A DNA stretch of 64,000 bases from Limnothrix sp. BL-A-16 (GTDB taxonomy: Bacteria; Cyanobacteriota; Cyanobacteriia; CACIAM-69d), in assembly GCA_041937175.2 (NCBI GenBank), contig CP166615.1, forward strand, positions 2,208,001-2,272,000, written 5' to 3'. Both the position numbers and the translations under genes were made by a program. The notes under the pieces were generated by a model. That model was given only the letters and a program-made list of their open reading frames with translations, was not told the DNA's origin and did no database searches. Shown in pieces: positions 32,149-42,533 of this stretch (the stretch's first letter is position 1; each line of letters begins with the position of its first letter).

Positions 32149-33615
32149 ATGGCGCTGCCCCTCTCCAAATCCCTGACTGATAAACCCCTTTGGCTGCTGG
32201 GTGCGGGGGTTGCTGGGGCGTGGCTGGCGCTGGAGGTGTTGAACCAAGCGCTCCATGGGCTGGGCAGTTGGCTGCCGGCCGGAGCCGTGGCCGTGGGCGC
32301 GGGCTTGTGGTTAACGCGACGACGATCGCTCCCGGTGGTTCCGGTGACGGAACCGAGCGTGCTCGATCGAGCCGCTGCGGAACGGGCGATCGCCCGGGCC
32401 CAAGGTCTGCTGAATTTGGTGGCCGCAGAATTACCCGCATTTTCGGCTCAAGATTGGCAAGCCCAACTCGATCGCCTGACCCAAGATTTAGACCGATCGC
32501 GCCTGGCTCTGGCGATTCTGGGGGGCCCCGCCGTTGGTAAATCGGCGTTGGTCAAAGGTTTGGGCGCGGCGGCCCTGGCGATCGACTATCAAGAACTGCC
32601 CAGCCTGTTTGTGGGGGGCGAAACTCAAGATCCAACCACCCTGGACTTGGCCCTTAAAGCCGATCGGGCCCTGTTTGTCACAGCAGGCGACCTTACCGAA
32701 ACGGAATACGAAATTTTGGAATGGTTGCTGGCCCACGAACAGGCCCCGATCGTGATCTTCAACAAGGCCGATCGCTACCTGCCCGCCGATCGCGACACCG
32801 TGTTAACCACCATTCAACATCGGCTCCATGGGCAACTGGCTCCCACCGCCATCATCCCCACCGCCGCCGCGCCGGCCGCGATCAAAGTTCGCAAACATGC
32901 GGCCGATGGCACGGTGCAAGAATTCTTGGAACAGCCGGAGCCGGACTTGGGAGCCTTGGTCACCGACTTGCAAAACACGCTCATGGCCGAGGGCAATCGC
33001 TGGCGGTGGCGCACCGCCCTGCGGCGCACTCGGCAAGTCACGGAGCAGTTGCAAACCACCCTCAAAACCGATCGCCGCGATCGGGCCATCGGGGCGATCG
33101 AGCAAAGCCAATGGATCGCCGCCGCCACGGCCTTTGCCAATCCGCTGCCTGGCTTGGACTTGCTGGCCACGGCGGCGATTAATGGCCAATTGGTGATGGA
33201 CTTGGGCCAGATCTATCAGCAACGGTTTTCCCTCGATCGGGCCCAGGCGATCGCCCAAACCCTCGGGGAAGTGATGCTGAAGCTGGGACTGGTGGAACTG
33301 GGCAGCCAGGCGATCGCCACCGCCCTCAAAACCAGCGCCTTCACCTACCTGGCCGGCGGCGCAATTCAGGGTCTGAGTGCGGCCTACCTGACCCGTGTGG
33401 CGGGTCTGAGCCTGGTGGAACTGTTCCAAGCCCATGTGGAAGCGGAATGGGCCGGCCAACCGGAGGGCGAAAACTGGCTCAGCCCCGATCGCCTGAGCAC
33501 CATTCTGCGGCGTGTTTTCGAGCAAACCCGCCAGAGCACCCTCATCCAAACCCTAATCGACCAAGGGCGCGATCGACTGTTTCCCAATGCCGCAACCAGC
33601 GCCGCCCCCAACTAG
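32149..33615 (+). CDS. GTPase-like YcjF/DUF697 family protein
   Basis: GGPAVGKS, GDLTETE, NKAD and FANPLPGLDLLATAAING. Confidence 0.8.
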   Translation: MALPLSKSLTDKPLWLLGAGVAGAWLALEVLNQALHGLGSWLPAGAVAVGAGLWLTRRRSLPVVPVTEPSVLDRAAAERAIARAQGLLNLVAAELPAFSAQDWQAQLDRLTQDLDRSRLALAILGGPAVGKSALVKGLGAAALAIDYQELPSLFVGGETQDPTTLDLALKADRALFVTAGDLTETEYEILEWLLAHEQAPIVIFNKADRYLPADRDTVLTTIQHRLHGQLAPTAIIPTAAAPAAIKVRKHAADGTVQEFLEQPEPDLGALVTDLQNTLMAEGNRWRWRTALRRTRQVTEQLQTTLKTDRRDRAIGAIEQSQWIAAATAFANPLPGLDLLATAAINGQLVMDLGQIYQQRFSLDRAQAIAQTLGEVMLKLGLVELGSQAIATALKTSAFTYLAGGAIQGLSAAYLTRVAGLSLVELFQAHVEAEWAGQPEGENWLSPDRLSTILRRVFEQTRQSTLIQTLIDQGRDRLFPNAATSAAPN

Positions 33616-33790
33616 CGCCTAGACCGATGGACGCATCCTGTTGCTCAACTTTGGTTTAGCCTTCTCTGCCACACAACCTGAAAGCTGAGCAGTTCAGAAA
33701 CCAGCACCCAGAAGCCAACATTCAGAAGCACCGGTTGAAACCCGCCCGGCCCGCTAGGCCCAAATTCGCTACCCAATTGAGAGGCCCAAA

Positions 33791-33825
33791 AAATGGGAAC
33801 GACTGGTTGGCAGTCGTTCCCATTT
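33791..33825. terminator. intrinsic terminator between convergent genes
   Basis: 15-bp perfect stem aaatgggaacgactg/cagtcgttcccattt preceded by an A-run. Confidence 0.75.
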
Positions 33826-33951
33826 CATTAATTTAGCTTGATACTCAGCTTGATTGGGCTGGATTCAATGACCGGAATTGAACTCCATTGCTAGGGCTAG
33901 TTGTGGACAGAAAAAACGGGGAATCTCCCCAAAAATATTCCTCCCGTCCTG

Positions 33952-34269
33952 CTACTTGTCCGCGTCCTTCTTATCCGAGTGATTGCGAATTTGCTCCGCT
34001 TCCGGGCATTCTTCCGCTACGGGCAGATCTAAGACACTGCGCCGAGACACCGAAGCAAGCTTGCGCGTCACCGAACCGATACTTTCGAGGCGCACCATTT
34101 CTTCCCAAGCACAGGTTTCGTCGTCCTCTTCGGTTTCGTAGCGCAGGGTCACGAGGTCGCCTTCAATGTCAAGGATTTGTGCGCGCTCGATCCAGCGCTG
34201 CTGATCGCGCAGGAATATGCACACTTCCTGTCCGTCACAGCAGAGCTGATAAATCTTGCGGTGTAGCAT
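33952..34269 (-). CDS. small conserved cyanobacterial protein (DUF6679-like)
   Basis: MLHRKIYQLCCDGQEVCIFLRDQQRWIERA…. Confidence 0.75.
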   Translation of the reverse strand: MLHRKIYQLCCDGQEVCIFLRDQQRWIERAQILDIEGDLVTLRYETEEDDETCAWEEMVRLESIGSVTRKLASVSRRSVLDLPVAEECPEAEQIRNHSDKKDADK

Positions 34270-34600
34270 AGCTTGCCTCTTCTAAGGTGGTGAACTGGCC
34301 CCTGCAATTGAGTGGAGTTGCAGTTTCAAAGTGTGATTGGGGGGCAGTGGCTTCACTGGCGCTGCCAAGCAACCATTCAGCGCTAATGACAACCACAGGA
34401 TCGGGGGAATTTGGCCCAGTCGATCCCCAATACAACTTCCATGCTGGCCATAATGGCAATTTGCTTGAGTTGTCGGCTGACGATCGAGCAAGCGGGTCAA
34501 GATTGCTCGATTGCTCTCCCCATTCTAGGCTACGGGGTTAGCTTTCAACGCTCCGGGTGGCCAAGCATCCCTACGCCATATCCTAGCGCTTGGCTGTTCG

Positions 34601-35638
34601 TTAGGACGAGAGACAGGCCAGGATCGTTTCATAGACCGATCGCGCCAGACTATTGAGATCGTAGCCACCCTCCAAACCCAACACCATTCGGCGGCTAATG
34701 CCCAGAAGCGATCGCGTCAGCCATCCATAATCCTCCGGTTGGAGATGAATTTGTGCCAACGGATCGTCGCGATTGGCATCGTACCCCGCGCTAATGATCA
34801 ACAAATCGGGATCAAAGTTCCGCAAGAACGGCAACAATTGCGCCTCAACCAGGGATTGATAGGCGCTGCCGTCGGCTCCGGGGGGCACGGGCAAATTCAA
34901 CAGTTGATAATCCCGATCGGCAATTCCGGGGCGACCCGTACCCGGATAGGCCGGTGATTGGTGAATGGAACAGTAGGCAATTTGGGGATGATCCCGCACG
35001 ATCGCCTCAGTGCCGTTGCCGTGATGCACATCCCAATCCACGATCGCCACCCGCTGTGCCTGGCCCGCCTCCAGGGCCGTTAAGGCCGCGATCGCCGCAT
35101 TCGCAAACAAGCAAAACCCCATCCCCCGATGGCGCAGGGCATGGTGGCCCGGGGGTCGCGCCGCCACAAACACGGGTTGTCCCGTTGCGATCGCCTCGTT
35201 CATGCCATCCAACCAAGCCTGCACAGCCAAACGGGCCACCTCGTAGCTACGGGCAGAAATGGGCGTATCAACCTCCAGTTGCCCACCACCCCGATTGGCC
35301 AGCAATCGCACGTGGTGGATATAGTCCGGTTCGTGGGCCCGCCGCAGGGCTTGGGTGAGCGGATCGATCGGGGCATCGCTGGTGGGTACTGACTGGGGGC
35401 TATGCCAGCGAAGCCGATCGGCAAAGGGAGCCGTTTGCAAGGCCGCCACGATTGCCCTCAGGCGATCGGGTCGTTCCGGGTGGCCCCAGCCCGTGTCATG
35501 CAGCAAAAACTCATCGCTGTAAACGATCGTGACCGTTCCATGGTCGATCGGCCCTGCTGTCACCGGTTGTGCCTCCGCGCCTGCTTCTGTGCGCCCCTCG
35601 GCCCGAACCTCAGTATTTGGGGTTTGCTCACTCAGCAT
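34601..35638 (-). CDS. histone deacetylase family protein
   Basis: HPERPDR, RPPGHHA, GFCLF, DWDVHHGNGT, SAGYDA and LEGGY. Confidence 0.93.
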   Translation of the reverse strand: MLSEQTPNTEVRAEGRTEAGAEAQPVTAGPIDHGTVTIVYSDEFLLHDTGWGHPERPDRLRAIVAALQTAPFADRLRWHSPQSVPTSDAPIDPLTQALRRAHEPDYIHHVRLLANRGGGQLEVDTPISARSYEVARLAVQAWLDGMNEAIATGQPVFVAARPPGHHALRHRGMGFCLFANAAIAALTALEAGQAQRVAIVDWDVHHGNGTEAIVRDHPQIAYCSIHQSPAYPGTGRPGIADRDYQLLNLPVPPGADGSAYQSLVEAQLLPFLRNFDPDLLIISAGYDANRDDPLAQIHLQPEDYGWLTRSLLGISRRMVLGLEGGYDLNSLARSVYETILACLSS

Positions 35639-36870
35639 TCACCATCTCCCCATCACCCAGTAATTTCACGGCAACCTTTTGGTTTTTCATGCCTATTTTT
35701 CTCACAGCCTAGCCAACGCGATTGGTCATGGAGCAAACACCGTTCACTCGTTACGTTAACCTGATTTAAAAATACCCAAAACAAGATCAAATCGATCAGA
35801 TTCTCAATACCCTTTCTCAATACCCTATTTCACCATTAACTAACTTCGCAGATCTATTTCTCATATCAAAAATTTCAACATCTCAACCGCACAGCTTACT
35901 TCAGCCGGTTGAGACTCAATATTCATTTCCTAATGATCTCCACCCGGCAATCATTTTGATGTTACCCAGTCAAGGCGACTGAGTTTCTAAGATGATTGAT
36001 TTGTGGAAATTTCCAAAAATCCATCAAAAATCCGATAAATTCAGAGATTTTCAAGAATATTCAACTCAAATTACGGATCAGTGATCAATTTTTGATTGAT
36101 TACGAAGTTTTAAGCCAATTAACTCTCCTATTAGATCAAGTTGAAACCCCCGTTTAACTATTTCTCTGATTAATTCCTGCTTTGATAGGGAGTCTCAAGA
36201 CATCAATAAATTCAAGCATTAATCAAAATGAATCTTGATTAATCTTAAGATCATATTCAGTTCATCAACCATTTTGCAGAAAGCAAATTTTAATCATATT
36301 TATATCTAAAATAATTTAGATTTTACAGATTGTGATTAGCTCCAAAACATCAACGCAGAGAATTTATGATTTTGATATTCATCTTCATTTGTCTCATATT
36401 GACATCTAGCCGCCTTACGTCTGTCTATCACTACCCCTGAACCATTAATCAGCCTTTTAACCAATGCTTCATTTCCAATCCAGTTTCCTGATTTGGGTGT
36501 GTTTTACCACCAAATAGGTCTCAAAAAATACGGAGATTCAAGGCAAGTTCCTGAAGACTGAGGATTTCAATCAACTTAAGATCCGATTTTTAAGATTTGT
36601 TTGAACTTTGATTGTCAGTAAATCATCTATTAGCGTTAAACTAAGGAGTAGTTAAATTATTTTATAAGCTGTTGAATAAACCCTTTTGGTTACCATAGTC
36701 ACAATTTTTTAGTCACTTTTAATTTTTAATTTCTATTAAAAGAGTGCTGCACGATTCACATTAGTTCATTATTCATTCCTGACTCAGACCATTAAAAATC
36801 GCCTTTTATTCACTTTTGTCAGTTTTTGCCATTGCAGAAACTTTCAGTGTCTACGGAATTTTTGTGATCC

Positions 36871-39399
36871 ATGTCTCAGTCCTCCCGGTTTGCGTTTAAA
36901 TTGCCCCGCACTTTGGGTTCCATTGAAACTTGGGGTTTTGGTTTCAGTGGTTTGTTGCTCTGGCTGGGAACTGCGCCCGCGATGAATGCGGCCTTGGGTC
37001 TTGGCTCCCTGTGGGTCTGGATTCCGGGAGCCGTGATTGGTGTTTTGCTGAATTTGCAGGTCAGGCAGCTCGGAACCCATGACCAGGATCGATCGGGCGG
37101 AACCCCTAACTATGCCACCCAGCTACTCCACAAGTTCCCATTTTTAGCCCGCTACAGTGCGATCGGCTATTGGCTGGGTTGGGTGTCGGTTCCGCCCATG
37201 AATGCCATTATTTTGACTGACTTAATTCAGGTCAATTTAGAACCGCTGGGGGTGGATTGTCCGGTCACGGCCTTTCGCATTTTATTCACTCTCTTGCCTT
37301 ATGTTGTCACCTTCAGCAACTCCCGAACCGTCGGAATTCTCCATGCCTTCTTTGTCATTCCTGCTATTAGCTGCTTATTAGTTTTTTGCCTTCAAGGCTT
37401 TAGTTGGTTGAGCTTTTCGCCTCAAAGTCCAGGGCTGTTTGCACCGGTTCCTTTCAACCTTGATTTCACCGATTGGGCCAAGTGGTTCTTTGTGGCCATT
37501 TATGCGGTCTATGGCTGCGAAACGGCTTCCTCTTTTGTGGCCGACAGTCGCAAGCCCCGCCGCACTTTGGATTGCTTGGTGGCCGCTGCGATCGCGCTAC
37601 CGGTTGTTTATGTCTTGGGATCGTGGTTGTTGGCGCGGTTAGCCATTTCTCCCCGGCTAGGCGACAGTGCCTATTTGCACCTGATCGCGGCAGCGGGGCC
37701 GTTTTGGGGCAGCCTCACCCCCGGCTTGGTGACGTTTTTGATTGCTTCCGGTTGCTTGCTCAGTTCCGCCACGGCCGTTTCCAACTGTCCCCGGGTGCTT
37801 TACCAGTTAGCCCAAGATCGCCATCTTCCGGCCCTGTTTTCGGTGGTTTCGCCGCGCGGAGTTTTGGAGCCGGGCCTGTTGTTCACCTTGGGGGTGAGTT
37901 TGCTCTGTTTGGCTTGGGGCAACGTGTCGCGGGTGGTGATGGTTACCGGAACCGGTTACCTCAGCGCCATGATGGGCATCCATTTGGGGCTGTGGTTGCA
38001 ACGGAAGCGCCCGGAAGTGCGCTGGCCCCGATGGTCGCTGCTGTTTTTGGTCATGGAGGCGATCGTGTTTGTGGTGGGTGGCCTGGCTTGGGGCTGGCAA
38101 GATTGGCTGATTGGCTTGCTGTTGCCGATCGCGGTCACCGCAGCGGCCCAGGGGCTAGGAAACTGCCCGATCGCCCTCTGCCAGCCGGCCTGGTGGAGTC
38201 ACCGCTACCGCCCAAGGCCCATCAACATCCAACGTGACTGGGTGGTGTTTCAGGTCACGGTGCTGATTCTGCTGCTCTGTGGCGCGGTCAGCATTGGTTG
38301 GTTTGCGCGAGCTGGGTTGGATCGATTTTCTTTCGGCAGCCACGGAGCCGTGTTCAGCATTGTGTTAATTACGGTGGCGTTTTTGGGGGTGGCGATCGCC
38401 TGTTGGACGAGCCTGTCCCAAGTGGCCGCCATGACCGAAGCCCGCGATCGACTGGAGCGCACCCTGAGTGAATTACAAAGAACCCAATTGCAACTGGTGC
38501 AGTCCGAAAAAATGTCCAGTTTGGGTCAATTAGTGGCAGGGGTTGCCCATGAGATTAATAACCCAGTGAACTTCATCTACGGCAACCTGGAGCATGTGCG
38601 CACCTACGCTCAGGATCTGTTGAAATTGTTGCAGCTATACACGAAGTACTATCCCGAACCAGTTGCAGAAATTCAGGAGGAACAAGAGGCGATCGAGCTA
38701 GATTTTTTAGAAGAAGATTTGACCAAAATTTTGACTTCCATGAAGGTGGGGAGCGATCGTATTCGGGAGATTGTGTTGTCGCTGCGTAATTTTTCGCGGT
38801 TGGATGAAGCGGAATTAAAGGCCGTGGATTTGCACGAAGGCATTGACAGTACAATCACGATCCTCAAGCACCGTCTCAAAGCAAAGGCCAATCGCCCCAC
38901 GATCGACATTATTCGTGAGTATGGCAATTTGCCCCCGATCGAGTGTTATCCCGGCCAGTTCAATCAGGTGATCATGAACATTCTGAGCAATGCCATTGAT
39001 GCCCTTGAAGAAGCCACCGCCAACCGCGATTATCAAGACTTGCAGGTCCATCGTCAGTGGATTCGGATTCGGACTCGGATTCAAGAAATAGAACTGCCCT
39101 CCACCAATCCCACCGGATCCTCACTGAGTGATAGCAAGCCCAGCACTCGATCTAAATGGTTGGTGGTAGGCATTGCTGATAATGGCCCCGGCATTCCCCC
39201 AGACATCCAACGGCGCATTTTTGACCCCTTTTTCACCACCAAGCCGATCGGGAAAGGAACCGGGATGGGCATGTCCATCAGTTACCAAATTGTTGTGGAA
39301 AAACACCAAGGAAAACTGGAATGCTTTTCGCAGGTGGGTGAAGGAACTGAGTTTTTGATTCAAATTCCCCTGAACCTGGGAGCCAAATACAAAGACTAG
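36871..39399 (+). CDS. APC amino-acid permease fused to a histidine kinase
   Basis: About 14 TM segments with SGG, YGCE and PRVLYQLAQD motifs, then VAHEINNP, NILSNAIDA, DNGPG and GTGMGM. Confidence 0.87.
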   Translation: MSQSSRFAFKLPRTLGSIETWGFGFSGLLLWLGTAPAMNAALGLGSLWVWIPGAVIGVLLNLQVRQLGTHDQDRSGGTPNYATQLLHKFPFLARYSAIGYWLGWVSVPPMNAIILTDLIQVNLEPLGVDCPVTAFRILFTLLPYVVTFSNSRTVGILHAFFVIPAISCLLVFCLQGFSWLSFSPQSPGLFAPVPFNLDFTDWAKWFFVAIYAVYGCETASSFVADSRKPRRTLDCLVAAAIALPVVYVLGSWLLARLAISPRLGDSAYLHLIAAAGPFWGSLTPGLVTFLIASGCLLSSATAVSNCPRVLYQLAQDRHLPALFSVVSPRGVLEPGLLFTLGVSLLCLAWGNVSRVVMVTGTGYLSAMMGIHLGLWLQRKRPEVRWPRWSLLFLVMEAIVFVVGGLAWGWQDWLIGLLLPIAVTAAAQGLGNCPIALCQPAWWSHRYRPRPINIQRDWVVFQVTVLILLLCGAVSIGWFARAGLDRFSFGSHGAVFSIVLITVAFLGVAIACWTSLSQVAAMTEARDRLERTLSELQRTQLQLVQSEKMSSLGQLVAGVAHEINNPVNFIYGNLEHVRTYAQDLLKLLQLYTKYYPEPVAEIQEEQEAIELDFLEEDLTKILTSMKVGSDRIREIVLSLRNFSRLDEAELKAVDLHEGIDSTITILKHRLKAKANRPTIDIIREYGNLPPIECYPGQFNQVIMNILSNAIDALEEATANRDYQDLQVHRQWIRIRTRIQEIELPSTNPTGSSLSDSKPSTRSKWLVVGIADNGPGIPPDIQRRIFDPFFTTKPIGKGTGMGMSISYQIVVEKHQGKLECFSQVGEGTEFLIQIPLNLGAKYKD

Positions 39400-39425
39400 G
39401 CACGAATCCAAACCCAAGGCAAGAT

Positions 39426-39600
39426 TAGACCTCTTGCATCAATCAAGACCCTCACCCTAAATCCCTCTCCCAAGTCGGGAGAGGGACTTGAAAATCAACA
39501 ACGAAATCGCCGTTATTCCCGATTTCTGGCTCCCCTTCGCCCCCCTTGGGAGAAGGGGTTGGGGGATGAGGGCTGTTAGCTGATTCGTGCAGGAGGTCTA
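39426..39600. mobile_element. MITE family C (~175 bp) with internal palindromic repeats
   Basis: Termini TAGACCTCTTGCA / TGCAGGAGGTCTA; internal ccctcaccctaaatccctctccc…gggagaggga and …ggggttgggggatgaggg. Confidence 0.75.
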
Positions 39601-39634
39601 TTGTTTCAGGGCCACTAAATCCAGCAGGGGATTA

Positions 39635-39748
39635 GGGGATGTCGTCATTTTTCAAGGTGATGCTGAAACGGTTGATTTTCCGTGCCCTAGTGGTCGTAAC
39701 AAGGGGCTTAAGCCCCTTGTCCCCCACGATCCGCCAACGGCAGATCTG
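39635..39748. mobile_element. truncated MITE family B copy
   Basis: TA-GGGGATGTCGTCATTT end and central palindrome; colinear with 54692-54800. Confidence 0.7.
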
Positions 39749-39761
39749 ATGAATTGGGAGA

Positions 39762-41510
39762 TTAATAATTACGAGCCTGGGGTTCAAACAGGCCCAACGT
39801 CACCGGCATATATTGCAGATCAATGCCCGAGGGTGACCAGTAAGCCAACGTGTGTTTGAGATAGTCCTGATCATTGCGATCGGGGTAGTCTTCACGGCAG
39901 TGGGCCCCGCGACTTTCTTGGCGACGTTCAGCGGCGGTCAAAATGGTTTGCCCCACCGTAAAGAGCGATCGCAGCTCCAACGCCTCAATCAGTTCCGTGT
40001 TCCAACAGGTTCCCCGATCGTCCAGCCTCGTGTTTTCAATCCGCTGGGCGATTTCCCGCAGCTTTTCCAGCCCCGTTTGCATCAAGTCCGCTGTCCGAAA
40101 CACCCCGCAATATTGGGTCATCGTGTCTTGGAACTCTTGGCGCACTTGGGCGATCCGCTCTGGCCCTGAGTGCTCCAACAAAGCCTGGATTTGGGCCCGG
40201 GCCTCCGCCAGATAGCGTGATCCGTCCAAGGATGGCAACTTGCGCCCGCTGTCTAAATATTGGGCGATCGCCCGGCCCGTGCGCCGGCCAAACACAATGC
40301 ATTCCAACAGCGAATTACTGCCCAGGCGATTGGCCCCATGCACCGACACACAGGCCGCCTCACCCGCCGCAAAACAAGCTTCCACAAACCCGGCGCTGCT
40401 GCTGCGAACCCGCCCATTCACATCGGTGGGAATGCCGCCCATGGAGTAATGAATCGTTGGGCGCACCGGAATCGGTTCCTCCACCGCATTCACCCCCAGC
40501 AGGCGATGGGCCTCTTCCCAACAAAAGGGAACCCGGCTCATGATCGTTGCTTCGCCCAAATGTCGCAAGTCCAGATGCACAAAGGGGCCGCCCGCGCTGC
40601 CATCGAGATGAATGCCTCGCCCGGCTAGCAGTTCCTTCACGATCGCCCGGGAGGTGATATCCCGAGGGGCCAACTCCATGCGACTGGGGGCATAGTCCGC
40701 CATGAATCGATCGCCCGCCGCATTGCGCAGGTAAGCCCCCTCACCCCGCACCGCCTCCGACACCAACACCCCCACCGGATAAAGCCCCGTGGGATGAAAT
40801 TGCACAAACTCCATATCCTCCAGGGGAATGCCAGCCCGCGCCGCCATGGCCAGCCCATCCCCCGTGGAGGCGTAATCATTGGAGGTGGTGTTGAAGGCGC
40901 GGCCATAACCCCCCGTGGCCAACATCACAGCCCGGGCCCGGGCCAACACTGGCTGGGAATCCCGCAGATTAAACATCACCAGGCCCTTGGCCTCGCCCTC
41001 TTCCACGATCAGGCGCATCACATACCACTCTTCGTAGAGCGTGACCCCCATTCGCTTCAGATTCATCACCAGCTCATGTAAGATGGCATGGCCCGTTTTG
41101 TCGGCCGCGTAGCAAGTGCGCCGATGGGAATGGCCCCCAAAGGCCCGCTGGGCCACGCGACCATCTTCCAAACGCGAGAACAACACCCCCAAACGTTCCA
41201 AGTCCACCACCACTTCCGGGGCTTCTTGGGTGAGGATGGCCACCGCATCTTGATCCGCGAGGTAGTCGGATCCTTTGACCGTATCGAAGGCGTGGGCTTG
41301 CCAGGTGTCTTCGGGATCCACGTTGTTCAACACGGCGGCCATTCCCCCTTGGGCGGCCACAGAGTGCGATCGAATCGGATGGGTTTTGGCCACCAATCCA
41401 ATGCTGAGTTTGGGATTTTGGCGGGCAATTTCCAGGGCTGCCCGACAGCCGGCCAGCCCGCCCCCCACGATCAAAACATCGTGAATTAACTCGTTTAGCG
41501 GCTCATTCAT
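39762..41510 (-). CDS. sdhA: succinate dehydrogenase/fumarate reductase flavoprotein subunit
   Basis: GGGLAG, RSHSVAAQGG, QFHPTG, SEAVRGEG, HYSMGG and HGANRLGSNSL. Confidence 0.95.
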   Translation of the reverse strand: MNEPLNELIHDVLIVGGGLAGCRAALEIARQNPKLSIGLVAKTHPIRSHSVAAQGGMAAVLNNVDPEDTWQAHAFDTVKGSDYLADQDAVAILTQEAPEVVVDLERLGVLFSRLEDGRVAQRAFGGHSHRRTCYAADKTGHAILHELVMNLKRMGVTLYEEWYVMRLIVEEGEAKGLVMFNLRDSQPVLARARAVMLATGGYGRAFNTTSNDYASTGDGLAMAARAGIPLEDMEFVQFHPTGLYPVGVLVSEAVRGEGAYLRNAAGDRFMADYAPSRMELAPRDITSRAIVKELLAGRGIHLDGSAGGPFVHLDLRHLGEATIMSRVPFCWEEAHRLLGVNAVEEPIPVRPTIHYSMGGIPTDVNGRVRSSSAGFVEACFAAGEAACVSVHGANRLGSNSLLECIVFGRRTGRAIAQYLDSGRKLPSLDGSRYLAEARAQIQALLEHSGPERIAQVRQEFQDTMTQYCGVFRTADLMQTGLEKLREIAQRIENTRLDDRGTCWNTELIEALELRSLFTVGQTILTAAERRQESRGAHCREDYPDRNDQDYLKHTLAYWSPSGIDLQYMPVTLGLFEPQARNY

Positions 41511-41529
41511 GGGCAAGCCCCAACTGTTT

Positions 41530-41832
41530 CTAAAGAGCCTGGGCCGGTTGGGTGGGTTCGTAGCCGCCGTCGGTGGCCAAGTCCGCCGCCGCTTCCACCG
41601 CCACAAATTCGATGTGGTTCAGCAGGGTGGTAACGAAGGCGAACAACAGGAAAGGTAAGGATAGCACCAAAATCAACCCAACCATGGACAGGGCATACAG
41701 GGGCTTGCTGGCTCCCAACAGGGCGATCGCGCTGGCCAAGCTCAGGAAAATCACGATCAACCAAGCCATGATCTGGCCGTAGATGTCTCCAAAGGTCAGG
41801 GTGCAGCGGAACTGATAGCGTTGTGGGTTCAT
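41530..41832 (-). CDS. small conserved cyanobacterial membrane protein
   Basis: CTLTFGDIYGQI…PFLLFAFVTTLLNHI with two TM segments. Confidence 0.72.
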   Translation of the reverse strand: MNPQRYQFRCTLTFGDIYGQIMAWLIVIFLSLASAIALLGASKPLYALSMVGLILVLSLPFLLFAFVTTLLNHIEFVAVEAAADLATDGGYEPTQPAQAL

Positions 41833-42121
41833 GGTTCGATTCGATGGCCTGCGGATTGCCAGATTGAACACTATCTCCCCAGCCTAAGGGGGGCTAAATC
41901 GGAGCGTCCATGGTTGTCGATGTTTCTCAACAATTGTTCTCAGATTCGTTTCAAATCCTTGCATTTCTCAAGTTATCTTGACAAGATTCTGGTAACTCTG
42001 AAAACCCTTAAATTTATCGAAAAGCTGAAAATTCCGAATGTTCTGAAAACTCTAGACGTTTTTGAGAATTCCCGAACTGTTTGGAATCTAGAGTTGGAGA
42101 TTTGATGTTGTTGAAGATCTA

Positions 42122-42264
42122 GGGCATGTCGTCAAATCGCCTGAAAACCTGATTCCATCGTGACGAGATCGTGGGGGGCAAGGGGCTTAAGCCCCTTGTC
42201 TAGGATGGTTAGGGTATGGAAGATCAACCGTTTTCACTGGATCTCAGAAAATGACAACGGGCCC
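42122..42264. mobile_element. MITE family B copy (143 bp)
   Basis: TA|GGGCATGTCGTCA…TGACAACGGGCCC|TA with central palindrome. Confidence 0.82.
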
Positions 42265-42266
42265 TA

Positions 42267-42408
42267 GGGGGTGTCGTCAAATCGCCTAAAACCCTAGATC
42301 TGTCGTTAGCAGATCGTGGGGGCAAGGGGCTTCAGCCCCTTATCTGGGGTGGTTAGGTTATGGAAAATCAATCACTTGCACTTGATCTTAAGAAATGACA
42401 ACAGGCCC
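42267..42408. mobile_element. MITE family B copy (142 bp), in tandem with the previous copy
   Basis: TA|GGGGGTGTCGTCA…TGACAACAGGCCC|TA; shares the TA at 42265-42266. Confidence 0.82.
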
Positions 42409-42533
42409 TAGGGTTTGGCATAATCCCGATCGACCCGAGGATCGGTGGACAGTGGCCGGCGATCGCTACGCGCTTTTCGAGGATCGTGTTGAAATAATGA
42501 TGGCCATTCTGTCGTTTTGATCCCGATCGCCCT

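Noticed and set aside
35640..36870. replication origin
   Set aside because: AT-rich, but I found only one imperfect DnaA-box-like 9-mer (near 36002) and no dnaA or dnaN.
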